64,000 nucleotides of DNA, taken from contig JAIVFI010000024.1 of assembly GCA_025558095.1 (NCBI GenBank), forward strand, positions 124,001 to 188,000. Direction: 5' to 3'. The position numbers were made by a program, and so were the translations under genes. The notes beneath the pieces were generated by a model. It searched no databases and was not told the origin of the DNA. It saw nothing but the letters and a program-made list of their open reading frames with translations. Shown here piece after piece: positions 41,616 through 55,688 of this stretch. Every line of letters begins with the position of its first letter. Position 1 is the first letter of the stretch. Source of the stretch: Hyaloraphidium curvatum SAG 235-1. Taxonomy: Eukaryota > Fungi > Monoblepharomycota.

Positions 41616-44600
41616 TCAGACAGAGTCCCCTTCCTTCTTCGCCCTGGCGGCCGCCTCCTGCTCCATCCGCTCCTTCTCCGCCGCCTCCCGCAGGAGCTTT
41701 TCCCGATTGCGCTTCTCCGTCCTGTAGAACAGGGTGTCCGGGTCCGTCACGATCGCGAGCGCGCGCTTCCACGCGGGCCGCAGGTACTCGAGGCCGACGA
41801 CGAACGAAGAGTTCATCCAGCCGAAGCCCTCGCGGGGGATGAACTTGAAGTCCGTGCCGACGTCTGGCCAACCGTGTCCGTCAGCAGCCGAAACGGGGAA
41901 GGGAGCGCGCCGCGGACTCACTTCCGTACTCCACGTTCACCTTGTGCGTCATGTTGACCACGTCGAACTTCTCCGGGACCACGCCGTTGAAGTCGACGAA
42001 GGACTTGGTGATGGTGTAGAGCCAGCGGTAAGCCCAGCGCTCGCCGATCTCGCGCATGCCGTACTTGGCGCAGCCCGCCCATGCCAGCATCTGGTGCGGC
42101 GCCCATCCGTACTGCAAAGCAAGTTCATCAGTCAGTTCGTGTCCAGGAAGGGCCAAAAGCAGCGGCTCACCGGGTAGTCCCACTGCCGATTCGGCCTGTC
42201 GAGCCCCACCCTCCCCCTGCTCTCCTCCGTCCCCGCCACGAGCCCGCCGACGACCTCGAACCTCCTCTTGGTCTCGTTCACCACCCGCTGCGCCTGCTCG
42301 GGCGTCGCCAGCCCCCCCCAGAGCGCCCACAGCGTCGTCACCGTCTCGTACACGTCCTGCGTCTCCTCGCGGACGTTGTAGTCGAAGAAGATGCCCTCCT
42401 TGGCGTTCCAGTTGTATTTGTTGACCTGCTGCCGGATGCGGCGGGCGATGAGGTGGAAGAGGGACGAGGTGGCGGTGACGGTGAAGTAGGGGCTGTCGGG
42501 ATGGTCCAGCTGAGCATCCCAGACGATCGGCGCGTCGGAAACGTCGCGGGCCAAGTCCGCGGGGAACTTTGGCCGCTCCTCGCCGTCCCCAGTGGCGGCC
42601 GCGGCCTCCTCGTGCACGCCGTTGGGCTGCGCCCCGCCCTGCGCCTCCGCCTCTGCCCTGCGGCGCTGCTGCTCTAGCTTCCAGCTTTCGATCTCGAGCA
42701 CCGCCTGGTCCGTCAGGTCGTCCAGCACCGCGATCGCCTGCGCCCACGACGAGTCCCACTCCGCCCCGTCGCCCAGCGCGGCCTCGACGGTGCCCGCGCG
42801 CGCGAGGTGCTCCCTGAACCGCCCGAACGCCTTCCAGTTGGCATCGTCGTCGCCCCTCCGCACGCGGAACCGGAAGCAGTCCCTAAAATCGTCCCTGACC
42901 ACGTCCGCGACGTCCATGGCGTAACGATACAGCAGGCTGTTGAGGTCGATCGTGGCGAGGTCGGCGCACTTGCGCTCGAAGCGGTAGGTCGTGTCGTGCC
43001 CCGACTCGCGCACCGCGCGGTCGTGCACAAAGTACTCGTCCAGGTCGGGATCGTCCACCTCCTCGGCCGCGTACTTGGCCTTGAACGTCTCGACGTCCAT
43101 GCCGTGGCGGTGCGCGTAGGGCTCCAGGATGTGGTCAAAGTGCGAGGACTCGGTCTCGGGGGGCATGCCGATGCCCTCGGTGTGGTAGCAGCTCAGGCCC
43201 GTGGCGGGGTCCAGCCGGGGCGCGGCGAGCCACACGCTGAGGAGCTCCTTGACGCAGGCGCGGAAGCACCGCGCCAGCCAGCGCTTGAGCTCGGGCTGGG
43301 TGTAGCTGGGCTTCTGCTCGAGCTTCTTGCGGACCTCGAGGACCATGTCGGTCAGGAAGGGGGGCTGGCTGCGGGTGAGGTAGTAGGAGCGGTTGGCGTT
43401 GAGGATCTTGTTGTAACTGTAGGGAAGGGATGGTAACGACGGAACCGAAGAAGCTGAGTGATTTTTCACTCACTGCTCGATCATGTAGACAAAGTTGTCC
43501 ACCATCGACTTGCCCAGCTCGATGCGACCGTCCAGAAGCAGGCCGAGCGTCTCGAAGTACGAGTCCCAGCCGTACCTGTGGGTCAGATGAACAGCCGCAG
43601 ATTGTGAGCAGCGCAAGACCATACACTTCCCGTCCTGAACCCACATCTCGTTGAACCTCCCCCCCGGTACCACGAACGGCACCCCCCTCGTCACAGCCTG
43701 CCCCGTCTTCCCATCCACCTGCGTCTTGAGCGCCAGCGACAGGATCCCCGGCCTGTCGTCCAGCCCCTTGACGTACCGCGGCGTGATGACCTCGGGCAGC
43801 ACCTCGACCTCGAGCCCCAGCCGCGGCCGCTCCTGCGCCACGCGGAGGTAGTACTGCTGCGCGGCCTTGTCGCGGAAGGGCACGTAGATCCGGCGGTGTT
43901 GCCCGGGCGAGCGGTTCTTGGGGTCGTCGGTGATGATCTCGAGGCCGTCGGCGTCGATGCGGCGGGTGAGCTCGTCCCAGAAGTAGTACTTGATCATGCG
44001 GTGCAGCCGCTCCACGGGGTTCTCGCTGAGCCGGTCCTCCGAGACGACGATGTACTTGCGGCCGTAGTCGCTGGCCAGTGCGAGCTCCTGCAGGAGGTTG
44101 GAGAGCATGTAGGTGCCGCGGACCTCGTGCTTCTTGTAGCCGCCCGAGGCGGCCGTGTTGAGCGGGAACACCTTGGGGCCGCGGTCCGTGACGGTGATCT
44201 GGAAGTCGCCGTCGCGGTCCTCCTGCGCCAGCAGGCGGCGCTGCACGTCCTCGACGTCGACGTAGAAGGAGCGCGGGCGGGTGACGAAGTTCTCGTCGTG
44301 CGAGGAGCGGCGGATGTGCGGGTCGCGCTGGCCGGACGCTTGGCGGCGGCGCGGGCCGGGGGGTGCCGGAAGCACGGGGGGGCCGACGGCCGGGGGGGAA
44401 GCGATGCCGTAGTGCATGGGGCTCTGGTCCGGGTCGCCGAGGTCGTCCGACCGCACGGGCGAGGCCGACCTGAAGGTACTCTGGCCCACGGTGGTGGACC
44501 TCTGCAGCCCCGAGACCGCGGTGGGCGGCGAGGCGGACACGTAGGTGCCCCCGGTCTCGCGCACGCTCTTGCCGCGGCCCAGGCTGGCTGTCAGGGTGCC

Positions 44601-45218
44601 CGACGGCACGCGGATGGGGCCCGCGCTCGCGGCCCTCGGCACGTCGGATGCTGCCTCGCCCCGCATGACCGATGCGAAGTTGTCCGACGAGCCGTAGCTG
44701 GGCTTCCTGGGGCCGTGGGTGCGCCTGCCCTCGTCGTCGAGGCGGTCCGGCGGCACTGCGATCTTGCTCTTGCGCCTCAGGATCGGCGGCGGGAAAGTGT
44801 CCCCCTCGAAGGCCTCTGCATTCAGCGCCGGGTTGCTTGCCCCGCGGCGCACGCTGCCCTGCGGCGCCAGCAGGCCGTAGCCGTGCGCCAGCGCGTGGTC
44901 CGGGTCGGGGTACGCGATCTCCTCCTCGACGAACGCGCGCCTCCGCTGCGACGAGGCCGCCGCGCGCGTCTGCCCGCCGAAAAGCTGCGCGGCGCGGGCG
45001 CCCTGCGCGCGGCCGCCCGACGACGTGTTCTTCCGGTGCACCGTCTTGCGCCGCGGGGGTGTTGGCGGGCCCTCTCCCTCGCCGGGACCGGGCGGCGATC
45101 GTCCCTCTTCCATGGCGGGCGTGCCGTTGCCCCGGACGATGCGGCTGCACGCGTGTCGGTCCGGAAGCTCGGAGAAGCCTGATGGGTTGCCGCGACGCCC
45201 GCTAAGCGGTGGACCCAT
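41616..45218 (-). CDS. NTH1: Neutral trehalase (GH37)
   Basis: EDRDGDFQITVTD, RGTYMLSNLLQEL, VPGGRFNEM-YGWDSYF, YYLTRSQPP, RESGHDT, QWDYP-GWAPHQ, EGFGWMN. An alternative ATG lies at 45113. Confidence 0.95.
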
Positions 45219-45318
45219 AACAGACCAGTCCCAGGAAAACTCGGTTTAGAAACGCAGCCTAGATTTTCGAACAAACGGCACGCGCGTCGCTCGGCGCAGG
45301 ACACGGCGCGCCGGCGGC

Positions 45319-48300
45319 ATGTCGTCGCTGTTCTCGCTGTACCGCGAGGCGCTGCCGCCGTCGGTGATCACGCACGCCGTCGCGGCGAGCCTGACGGCGC
45401 CGGGCGCGCGCAACCTGGTGGTCGCAAAGTCGACGGTGCTCGAGGTGTACAACGTCGTCGAGACGGACGAGGAGGCGCCGGAAACGGCAAACGGCGAGCC
45501 ATCAAACGGCCACGGGGGCGTGATTTTCGATGCCGACGTGGGGGGCCCCGCGGCCGGACGCGCCTTGGCCGGCGAGGGCGAGAAGGAGGTGAATCCCGTT
45601 CCCATCCCCACCAATATCGCAACTGACGCCTCCTTTCCCCCCTTCTTGTTGCGATGGACGCGCCAGACGCGAAGAGGCGCACGCCTGGAGCTCCTCGTCC
45701 ACAAGAAGCTCCACGGCGTCATCACCTCGCTCGGCGTGGTCCGCACCGCAGTGGGGGCCGGCGCCGAGGACCGCGACAGCATCCTGCTCTCGTTCGCCGA
45801 CGCCAAGCTGTCGCTGCTCGAGTGGCAGCCCGGCACGCACGACCTGGTGACGGTGTCGATCCACTACTACGAGCGGGAGGAGCTCAAGTCGGACAGCAAG
45901 ACGCCGCACGCGCCAAAGATCCGGACCGACCCGTCGAACCGGTGCGCGGTGATGCAGGTGTACGGAGACAAGCTGGCGGTCGTGCCGTTCAAGCAGTCGG
46001 ACTTTGGCGGCGCGGGCGCGACGCTGGCCGGGTCGCGCTTCGCGCTCGACACGGACCTCGACAACGTCAGGTGGGGTTTGGGCCTGAAGCGCGAGTCGGA
46101 CAGCACTTTCTGACATCAGCTTCTTGTGCGGAACCCCACAGCAAACACCCGTTCTACCCCTCCTTCGTCGTGCCCTTTACGCAGATCGATTCCAAGATCC
46201 GCCACGTGATCGACATCGCCTTCCTCGACGGCTACTTCGAGCCCACCCTCGCCATCCTCTACGAGCCCCTCCCCACCTGGACCGCCCGCGTCGCCGCGCG
46301 CTACGACACCGTCTCCCTCGTCGTCGTCTCCCTGGACCTCTCCCGCCGGAGCTTCCCCGTGCTCTTCCACCACCCCCGCCTCCCGTACAACTCCTTCGCC
46401 CTGCACCCCCTCCCCGTCGCCGTCGGTGGCGTCCTCGTGCTTTCCCCGAACGGCCTCGTGCACGCGGACCAGACCTCCCTCCCCGGCACCTCGGTCGGCG
46501 TGAACCCGTACTGGGGCGCCGAGGAGAACAACGAGGGCGGGATGGACGTCGGCCCGCCGTCGCGGTACGGGCCCGCGGTGGTGCCCCCCGGGCCGCTGAG
46601 GATGGAGCCCAACGCGCTGTACCGCGCGCCCAACATGACGGTCGGTTACGAGGGGCTGGGGATCGCGTTCGCGGGCGGGTTCGCGGTGCAGGCGGATCCG
46701 GACACGCTGCTTTTGTGCACGAGGGAGGGGGAGCTGGTCAGGGTGGAGATGGTGGGGAACGAGGACGCGGGGAGGGGGTGGGGGAGGAGGAAGGGGGGGG
46801 TGAGGAGGTTCGTGGTGGAGAGGTGCGGGGTGAGGGTGCGGGGGGTGCCGGCGGTCGCGTGCGCGGTCGGGGAGATCGTGCGGAGCGGGCGGGAGGGGTT
46901 CGTTTTCGCGGCGCTGAGGGACGCGGACCCGGTGCTGTTCCGGTTCTACGAGGCCGAAGACGGGGACGGTTCGGGCGCGGGGAAGCGCCGGGCGGCCGAG
47001 GCCGAGGCGCCCCAGGCGAAGCGCCTCAAGGTGGCCGGTGATGCCGACGCCGATGACGATCTCTACGGGGACGACGGCGCGCCTTCAGCGGCCGCGGCGC
47101 CGCAGACCAACGGCGTCGGCGACCACGCCTTGGAGGGGGCCTCCCGGTTGCGTTTCTACGCCGCCGCGAACCTCACGAGCGTAGGCCCGCTAAAGGACAT
47201 CATCCTCTCCGCGCCGACTTGGTGGCCTTCGTCGGCCCTGCGGCCTTCGGACCAGGTCTTCCCCTACGCGCCCCAGGTCCCGCGGCGGGACATGGAGCTC
47301 CTTGCCTGCAGCGGCTCCGACGACACCTCGGGCACGCTCATCACCCTGCGCGAGAACGTGGCCCCCGTGATCATCGGATCCATGGCCGACATCGGGTTCA
47401 AGGTCAAGGAGATGTGGTCGGTCCGCGGGCCCGTCGCGCCGGCGCTGCCCGAGGGCATGTCCAAGGGCGCGATGGACGCGGAGCGGTACCACAAGTACTT
47501 GGTCATGTCTGGGGAGCGGAGGAAGGAGAAGGTGACGCTGGTCATGGACGCCTCGGGGGAGGAGCTCGTCTTCACGGACCGGGAAAAGTTCTTCCGGGAG
47601 GGCGCGACGGTCGACGTGGACACGGTGCTGTCGGGCACGCTGATCGTGCAGGTGCACACGGCAGGCGTGCTGGTGCTGGACATTGCGGGGAACCGGCTGC
47701 AGGAGATCCCCTCGGACCGGCTGAAGCTGTTTGGGGAGACGAAGGAGCGCGCGATCCGGGTCTGCGAGATCGAGGATCCGTACGTGCTGCTCACCATGTC
47801 GGACGGCGAGCTGGTCCTGCTGCAGGCCGATCCGGAGACGGACCGGCTGAAGGTCATCAAGGAGGTGGTGGTGAGTCGATTGGTATTGCGTTGTTGCCTG
47901 TCTCGCTTACAGCTTCGCGGCAGCCGCCTGCCGAGATGGCTTTCAAGACTTGCTGTCTTTACGCCTACAACTCCAAGCACCGGCGGCTGCTGACGCTCGA
48001 GCAGGTGCTCCAGGGGCTTCTGGACGATCCGACCGGGGCAAAAGCCTCGGGAACACTGCGGTCGAAAGAGGGTGCGTCGGGCAAAGCTTCGAAGCAGAAG
48101 AAGAAGCAGGCGCCGCAGCCGAAGAAGGTTGCGGACGACTACCTGGACGAGCTGGACCGGGACTTGTACGGGGGCGGCGGCGACCGGGAAGACGATCTTT
48201 ACGGGGACCAGGACGACGACGTGATGGAGCTATTCCCGGAGGACGACGAAGACGCGGCCGACGCGCATGTGGTCGACGATGATATGCCGGACGCTGGTAT

Positions 48301-50995
48301 CATCGTTCCGGAGGACAAGTCGGGCAACACGTATTGGTGCGCCGCCGTTCGGGACGACGGAGAGCTGGCGGTGGGATCCGGTCTTTGCGTGGCTCGAGTT
48401 TGAAGCTGATTTGCGTCGGCCCTCAGGTTTTTAGTATACCTGACTTCAAGCAGTGCTTCCGCTTCCCTCATTTCAGCTTGCTACCTGGAATGCTATATGA
48501 CCACGGTGTCGAGGCGGGCAGAGCCGGGCCGTCGGGAGCTGACGGCGATGCGGTTCCGGCAGCCAAAGTCGGCATTGACATTGTGGAGATCTTGATGGTG
48601 GACTTTGGAAGCGACGAGGCTACGCGGGATGTCTATCTCATGGCGCGGACGGAATCTGACGACCTCGTGATCTACAAGGGCTTCAATGCGCTGATCCGGG
48701 GCGACGACGGGACCGTGGACGCCGAGTCGCTCGCGACGGGCTTCACGCCGGCGGGTCTGGAGGACGAACGCTCGCGGGAGGCCCGGGACTTTGACGACAT
48801 CCACCCGCCAAACCGGTTGGCAACGCGGTTCGTCCGGGTCGAACAGCCTCACCTGCTGCGTGAATCGCAGTTTTACGTGGACGTCGAAAAGACGGACAAG
48901 GAGATTGCCGTGGAGTTGCCCGAGGATCCTACTTTTGTTCGGCGCCGATACATGCGCGTGGCCAACAAACTGCTCGGGCGCGAAGGCAGCGAGTACCAAG
49001 CTGTCTTCGTTGCCGGAGCCAGGCCGTGTATCATCACGGCACTGCGGACTTCCCACGCCGATTGCGGCGGGCTTTCCCTGCTCGATCCCGAGGACGCTGC
49101 GGGCGCAAAAGTGCTGGATCCCCCTTCCCGACGACATCCTACCAAACATCTCTGGATCCATCCCCTCACCTGCGACGGCGAGATCAAGTCCTTCGCCGCC
49201 TTTAACACACCAGCAGTGCAGCATGGCTTCGTCTACTTCAACCAGGCGGTGGGTGGCCCTGTTGACTTCGCTGAAGGTTCTCTGACTGTGGACCTTCAGA
49301 GCCTGTTGCGCGTCTGTCAACTGCCGTCACGCTACGACGCCGAATTCCACTGGCCGATTCGGAAGATACCCCTTGACCGAACTCCCCATCACCTCGTCAG
49401 CCATCCGTCAAGCGAGAAGGTCGTCTTGTCGTCCTCCAAGAAGGTCAACTTCCTTCTGCCTCGGGCCCAATATGCGGCCGCGGTCACCGCAGGCGTCATT
49501 GAGGATGGCGAGGAGTACAATGGCGCCATGCCGGACAAGGATCCCTTGGTCCCGAGTTCTGGGATGGATGCTCGCGGTGAGTACCTTGCTTCCGCGAATC
49601 TTTCCCAGCTGACGTGACTCGCTCTTCTCTTCCAGTTCCTGGCGCATACATGCCCCAAACGAGTGCCTACTCTCTCGAGCTCGTCTCCCCGATTACGTGG
49701 GAACCAGTTGACGTGCACGAGTTTGGCGAGTACGAGGTCGTCCTGGACGCCAAGCCCATCAGCTTTGAGTCCAAGCAGACCGTCAGCGGACGCAAACTCT
49801 ACATTGTGGTGGGCACCGGAATGCAGCGGTCAGAAGATCTGGCGGCACGTGGCAAGGTTCGTTCACCGTTTGCACTGGACCCAACGACGCTGATTCAACC
49901 GTCTCCAGCTTTATGTCTTTGAGATCATCGAGGTTGTGCCCGAGCCTGGGCGCCCGGAGACGAACCACAAGTTCAAGATGCTCTACCAGAGCGAGGAGAA
50001 GGGTCTCCCCGGCCCCGTGACGCAGCTGTGCCAGGTCAAGCAGTACGTCCTGGCCGCGGTCGGCAACCGGCTCATCCTGCACGAGTTCGAGGACGACGCC
50101 TTGAACGGAATTGCCTTCATCGACACGAACATGTATGTCACGGCGGCGTGCGCGCTGCGGAACCTCATGCTCGTGGGCGACTTGAGGAAGAGCATCTGGT
50201 TCATGGGATTCCAGGTGAGGGTGGCTGCGACTGGTACTGCTACGTCAGTTCTCACAAGGCTGCTTCCTTAGGAGGATCCCGCAAAGATCGGTTCTTTGGG
50301 AAGGGACATGTTGCCGATGCACGTCACGGCTTCCGAGTTCCTGATCGACTACAACTCGTTGTACTTCATCATCGGCGACGACGAGCGGAACATCATGGTC
50401 TACGCCTTTGACGAAAAGGGTGAGAGCGCGTCGTGGTTTGAGGATTGCGCTCGGAGTTCACCATGTCGCTTCAGATCCGACCTCGCTCGGTGGTTCCAAG
50501 CTCGTCCGAAAAGCCGAGTTCCATGTCGGCAACCGGGTTGAAAAGATGATCAGGATGCGGAAGGTTGGGCTTCCCAGGAAGAAGGGAGGCCCTGCTCCGA
50601 CCAGCAAGCAGCACGCGAGCATGCTGGCCAGCGCCGACGGCAGCCTGTCTTTCGTGATGCCGATCTCGGAGAAGATGTATCGGCGACTTCTTTCCCTGAG
50701 CACCCGACTGCTGAACGCTCTTCCTCACCCTGCCGGACTGAATCCTCGTGGCTTCAGGTGAGCAATTGGAACTGTTTTGAACCGAATCTGACTTTTCTCT
50801 AGGCGTGCTCACTCCCACATCGATCGCCTCACATCGGGATCGTCCATGCGGAACCCGATTGATGGCGATCTGCTTTTCCGCTTTGTTAGTCTGCCCTTCA
50901 ATCGGCAGAAGGAGCTTTCGCGATCGATCGGCTCTACCCTGGAACGGGTCCTGGACGACATGCTTGAAGTGGAGATGTCGGTTGACTACTTCTGA
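45319..50995 (+). CDS. CFT1: Cleavage and polyadenylation specificity factor subunit 1 (CPSF160), multi-exon
   Basis: NLVVAKSTVLEVY, LSFADAKLS, TVSIHYYE, FLDGYFEPTLAILYE, VPEPGRPET, AGLNPRGFR, IDGDLL. Confidence 0.95.
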
Positions 50996-51175
50996 GTCTA
51001 AATGTAGCATTCCCGTGATATCCGTCAACGACTTTCTCCCGCAACTTGTCCGGATTCATGAGGCGCCCAGCGCGAGGTCAGCTCGCTCCTTTGAGACGCC
51101 CGAAATCGTGTCGATTCTCCAACCCTTCGAGCCGCCTCCCGAACCGCCTGCCCGCCTCCTGACCGCTTGAAAACG

Positions 51176-52093
51176 ATGGGCGACGAGGGCGGAGATGAGA
51201 AGCCTATCCACATCAACATCAAAGGTGGTAGCGGGCTCGTGGAGCTCCTGGGACCGCGGACGCGGCCGTTTCTCACCCCGGTGCTCTCGCCCGCCGCGTC
51301 GACACTGGAACCCTTGCGCGACGCCTGCACTCTCGTTTTCTGTTGGTTCTCGGTTTCCGTTGAGCAGGTCCGTGCGGGGAAGGGCTCCTGGATTACCGAC
51401 GACTCCGACGGTTCTGACTGCCATCGAAACGCCCATCGTTTCCCCCTCTCTCCCGCTGGTCTTTTGCCATCGCGAATCATTTCGTTTCTCTGCGGCGCGT
51501 AGTTATCGGCCAAGATCAGAACGAAATCGGTGGGGACGGGCGAAGGCACGGGGACCGCTCATCGACTGACGTCCCGGCCCTGCAGCGTTCAAGATCAAGC
51601 GGACGACGCAACTGAAAAAGCTCATGGTGCGGGATCCATTCCTTTTGGAGGATTGCTTTGGGTCCGATCAAGGGCGCTTGTCTGACTGCCTTCTCCCTGC
51701 ATCTCTCCTTGGACTTCGCCGAAACACATTCGACCACTGCTACCACGTCTAAAGGACGCTTACGTTGCGAAGACGGGAGTTGTGGGTATAGCTATTTGAA
51801 TCGTCGACCTCGAAAACGGAGGTCTGATCTTCGCGTCTACCAGGACCCGACGGCCATCCGTTTCCTCTACGAGGGACAAAGACTGCAGCCCGGCCAGACG
51901 CCCGACGAGGTTCGACAGATTCGAAACGTCCCTGGCGAGGAAACATTGTGCTGATCCTTCTTGCTTCTTTCCATCGCTGCTACGGCTTCTCGCGCTGTCG
52001 AATCACCGCCATGCCACCGGCTGTCCGCCGCAGCTTTCCATGGAGGACGAAGACATCATCCAAACAGCAGTGGAGCAAGTTGGTGGTCGGTAG
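51176..52093 (+). CDS. SMT3: SUMO, 6 small exons
   Basis: Assembled protein: [89 protein letters not shown]. Confidence 0.93.
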
Positions 52094-52362
52094 AAGGGAA
52101 CCCGGAGCCGCGGCCGGTGTATGCCGTTTGCGGATTCAGGATTGTCTTTCCAGCACGCCGTGAGCGTCTAGCTCGACGTCTGTCCGCTTGTCAGGTTTGT
52201 GCCATCGTCGATAACTGCTAAACGCGAGTGGTTTGAGGGTGAATGGAGCCAGCTTCCGCGGGGGGGTAGCCGAAGTGACCCAAACATCAAACGCTCTTCG
52301 CAATTCCGGTCGTCCCCATGGACAATCTGGGCCAAGCCCGAGGCCCGGGCGGCACGAATGGC

Positions 52363-53068
52363 ATGATTTTGCACAGCGCAAATCCTTCCCCGGCGCTGGT
52401 TTTTCGGCTTCAGGTGCTGGGGCTGGGCCTTCTTTTAGCGGACCTGCTCCTCTCGCTCTTCGCCGAGAGCACGCGACATTGGTTCGCCCTATGCACCACT
52501 ATCTTCGTGTGGGTCGTCAGGGGTCGCAACACCGTGAAAGGATCGGCACTTATGGCTGTTTCAGGCTGCAGGGACTAGCCGTCGTGGGGAACCTGCTCGT
52601 TACCGTTGGGCACCTGGTGCAGATGCGCGCCTACCGTTACGGGTTCCTTCGCGTACTGCTCCGAGAATATGCATCGGCTCTCACCATTTCTTTGGTGTAC
52701 CTCTGCTGTCTGGTGCTCGTGCGCATCGTCGAAATGGTAAGCGAACGCCAGCATCGAGAGAGTCTTCCCCCCCGAACCATCCGCAGTCTACGATCCGCTC
52801 CATGTGTTCGAACAATGGCTCTTGTGACATTTGGTCATCCTACACGACCGGACTTTACGCAGTGCAGCGGATTGCGGTGGTTGCCTATTACATTCTGTTC
52901 CTTCGCCAGGTGAGCGGCCCGGGAACAACCCGAGCTTGGACTTCAGGTTCATGTGCTTTGCAGGGAATCTTCCAATCATCGGACTTCAAGTTCTACGCTT
53001 CATGGCCCATGCAGTTCATGCTCTCGCCTAGCTTTGTGTTCGCCAACAACTTTCCCATGGCCCCTTGA
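52363..53068 (+). CDS. TMEM138: TMEM138-like ciliary membrane protein, 4 exons
   Basis: LLLADLLLSLFAE, IFVLQ...N, YGFLRVLLREY, IWSSYTTGLYAVQRIAVVAYY, DFKFY. These match the TMEM138 motif order as I recall it. Confidence 0.65.
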
Positions 53069-53081
53069 CACGCCGAGGAAT

Positions 53082-55443
53082 CTATTGAGCCGAAGCGGCC
53101 TGGTACACGAACGCTTCGAGGAACTTGACGTATTGAATCATGTTGGGTGCGCCCGGCTTCCTGAAGCGGCCCACAACGGCATAGATTTGCTGCGATGGGA
53201 AGCTGAATCAGACCAGAAGTGAGACACATCCACCAGTTCCTACCGTGTCCGTAACAAACGAGCCCAATGTCCGGCGCAGGAAGCGGAACATATCATCGCG
53301 CGGAACGGTCCACAGCTTCTGCCGGTCCATCGATTTCAGCTCCCTCTCGATCTGCGTCCGGTCATTCCCCGGAAGCGAACGCATGTGCTGTCGGATCACT
53401 GCGGCAGTCCCCTCGATGTCCAAGCGACCGTCCTTTTGCATCCACTCAAAGACAAAGTCGTCGGCGTCAAGCAGCTCGTACGTGAACCCGAAGCACTCCA
53501 GGCTCGCACCAATGTCGAGATCGCGCGCCGTATAGTACTTGTCGGCAACGAGATCGCCCAGCCGAAACCCGGGCTTGAGGATCTTGGTCCGTTCCAATCG
53601 CTTTGCTCCGATGGTGAAGACCTTCTGCGCCGGCTCGGAGATGGAGATGGTGTCGTCGGCCAGATAGAAGGTGACAACGAAGCGCCGCGCATCGTCGCGC
53701 GCCTCTCCCGGCTCGGCAATCCTGGCCAAGAAGCGTAGGCTGACGTTGTGAAAGGCAAGTAGTTTGTTCAGATCCTTCTGGTGCGCCTTGAGGACCAAGC
53801 GCCGGCAAGACTCTGCGGAGTCCTCCTCCGACCCGAAGCCATTGTACGGAGGGAGGATGTGCTCGTGCTTGGGGGCGGGAGGAAGATCCATCTGCAGAGG
53901 CTGCAGTTCATCCTCGCGGCGGCCGAGGTTCTCGCGTAGGAAAGTCCTCGTGAAGTCATCGCAGTCGCGGCTGCGAATAGATGCTAGTCAACCACGGTAC
54001 GCGACAGGGCATCCAGCAACGCACATGAGAAGCTTGCGATGAAGGACGTCGATCACGACGCCAATGCCCATGTCTCGCCACGTGTACCGCGGTGCTTCAT
54101 TGAGATCTGGACGAAGGTTTCAGCAAAATGGTTGAGAAAACCAATATTCCTCACTCACCGTTCAAGCGATTGAAGATCTTGGGCAGGGGACCGCGCCTCA
54201 GTAGAAGCGGCAGCTTGGCAGAGATGTCGCTACCCGAATAGCCATCGTTCTTCTTGCGGACCTCCCTGACCTCGCAGGTATCGTCGACGAGGTAGAACTG
54301 CAGAATGCACTCGCGGCTCCCAACGGGTCCCGCGATCACGTTGCTCCTTCCCTCAGCACTTCCCGCAACGCCGTCCTCGCCCAGCCAGACACCGAAAAAG
54401 CGGAGCACTGTCCTGTCGAAGAGAAGGAAGCGGCCCAGCTTGTCGTTGTGAGGCCCATCGGCGCAGGTTGGAGACTCTGGCGCGCGAACAGGGGTAGACT
54501 GCTTCTTCGGGGCAAGAGTATCGTCGGGAAGGGCAACAGAGGGCGAGAGCGGCTTCAGGTTGGTCTTGAAGTAGTTCTGCGGAGCTTGGTATGAGCCACC
54601 TCATTGCGTTGCCGTGCCTCAAGAAGCTACCTTGGTGAACTCGTCTGCCTCCGCAACCGTGTACTTCCGCCCGTAGAAAACGACGTCCTTGCCGCAATCA
54701 AAGTCGCGCGCGCCATAGACCCCCTTGGTCTTGTCTTGGCGTTCCTTCGGAATCACTTGCCTGCTCACGAGCAGGCCGCGCGCCGGCTCCACTACGGAAA
54801 TGGTTCCGTCTTCGACGAAGAAGTTGATAACGACCCGCCTCGTCAGCGAAGTGGTTGTCTTGAGCAAGCTCTCAACGGAGCCCGCGCTAGGTTCGGGTAG
54901 ACTGCTTCTCTTTGGCCTTTCGTTCGCTTCGGGACCGCGCGCAACGTTCCATGGATGCACGGATCGAGGGATCTGCAGTGCCGGGCCCGAGGGAACTGGA
55001 GCATCTCCCTTGGTAGCCACCGGCTTTACCAGCTTCTCGCTCTCGGTCTGCGCCGCGACTTCCTCCACAAAGTATCCAGCAAAGGTCAGAACGACCTTGT
55101 CCTTGAGGACGTAGTCGGGAACGAAAGGCCTGACTGCATCCGAAGCTCTGCTCCTGAAGGCATCCACGGCCGCGTGAATGCGCTCTTCTTCGTTCCGTTT
55201 CTCTTCTTCGTAGGCCTCTTCCGTCGCGGTGGGCGGTGCCTCCGGGGCCGCTGCACGGGTATCTGCAACGATGCGCGCGATGGGGCTGGCGGGATCAATG
55301 ACCTCATTCGGGAGCGGAAAGCCGTTGACAATGTCCATGGTGTGGATTTTCTTGCGCGGGACATCGTCGAGACGCTGGCCGAAACCGGGGAGGAACGGCA
55401 GGTCCGGCAGGTTGTCCACCCGCGGCCGGTCCGTGCTCCGCAT
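53082..55443 (-). CDS. EFHC1: EFHC1/Rib72-like axonemal protein (3 DM10 domains + EF-hand-like tail)
   Basis: LPFLPG, DKVVLTFAGYF, FFVEDGTISVVEP, ADEFTK, FYLVDDTCEVRE, PPYNGFGSEEDS, FYLADDTISISEP. Confidence 0.88.
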
Positions 55444-55688
55444 CCCGGCGAGGCTGCACGCAGACTGGGGCTAAACAAACTCAAAGGAGATCCTCGCCGA
55501 GTTCCTGGTTCTGGATTACGGCACCTCGGGAGGAATTCTTGGGGCAATTTGGGAGGAGGCGCGCGATGATGGGCGGTGCGATCTCCGCCCCTCCCACTCG
55601 CACGGCCACGGGCTCAAGGAGGCTAATCGGAGGCGACGTGCCTCTTCCTCTTCGTGACATTCGTCGCCATGAACTCTAAAGCCGAGCG

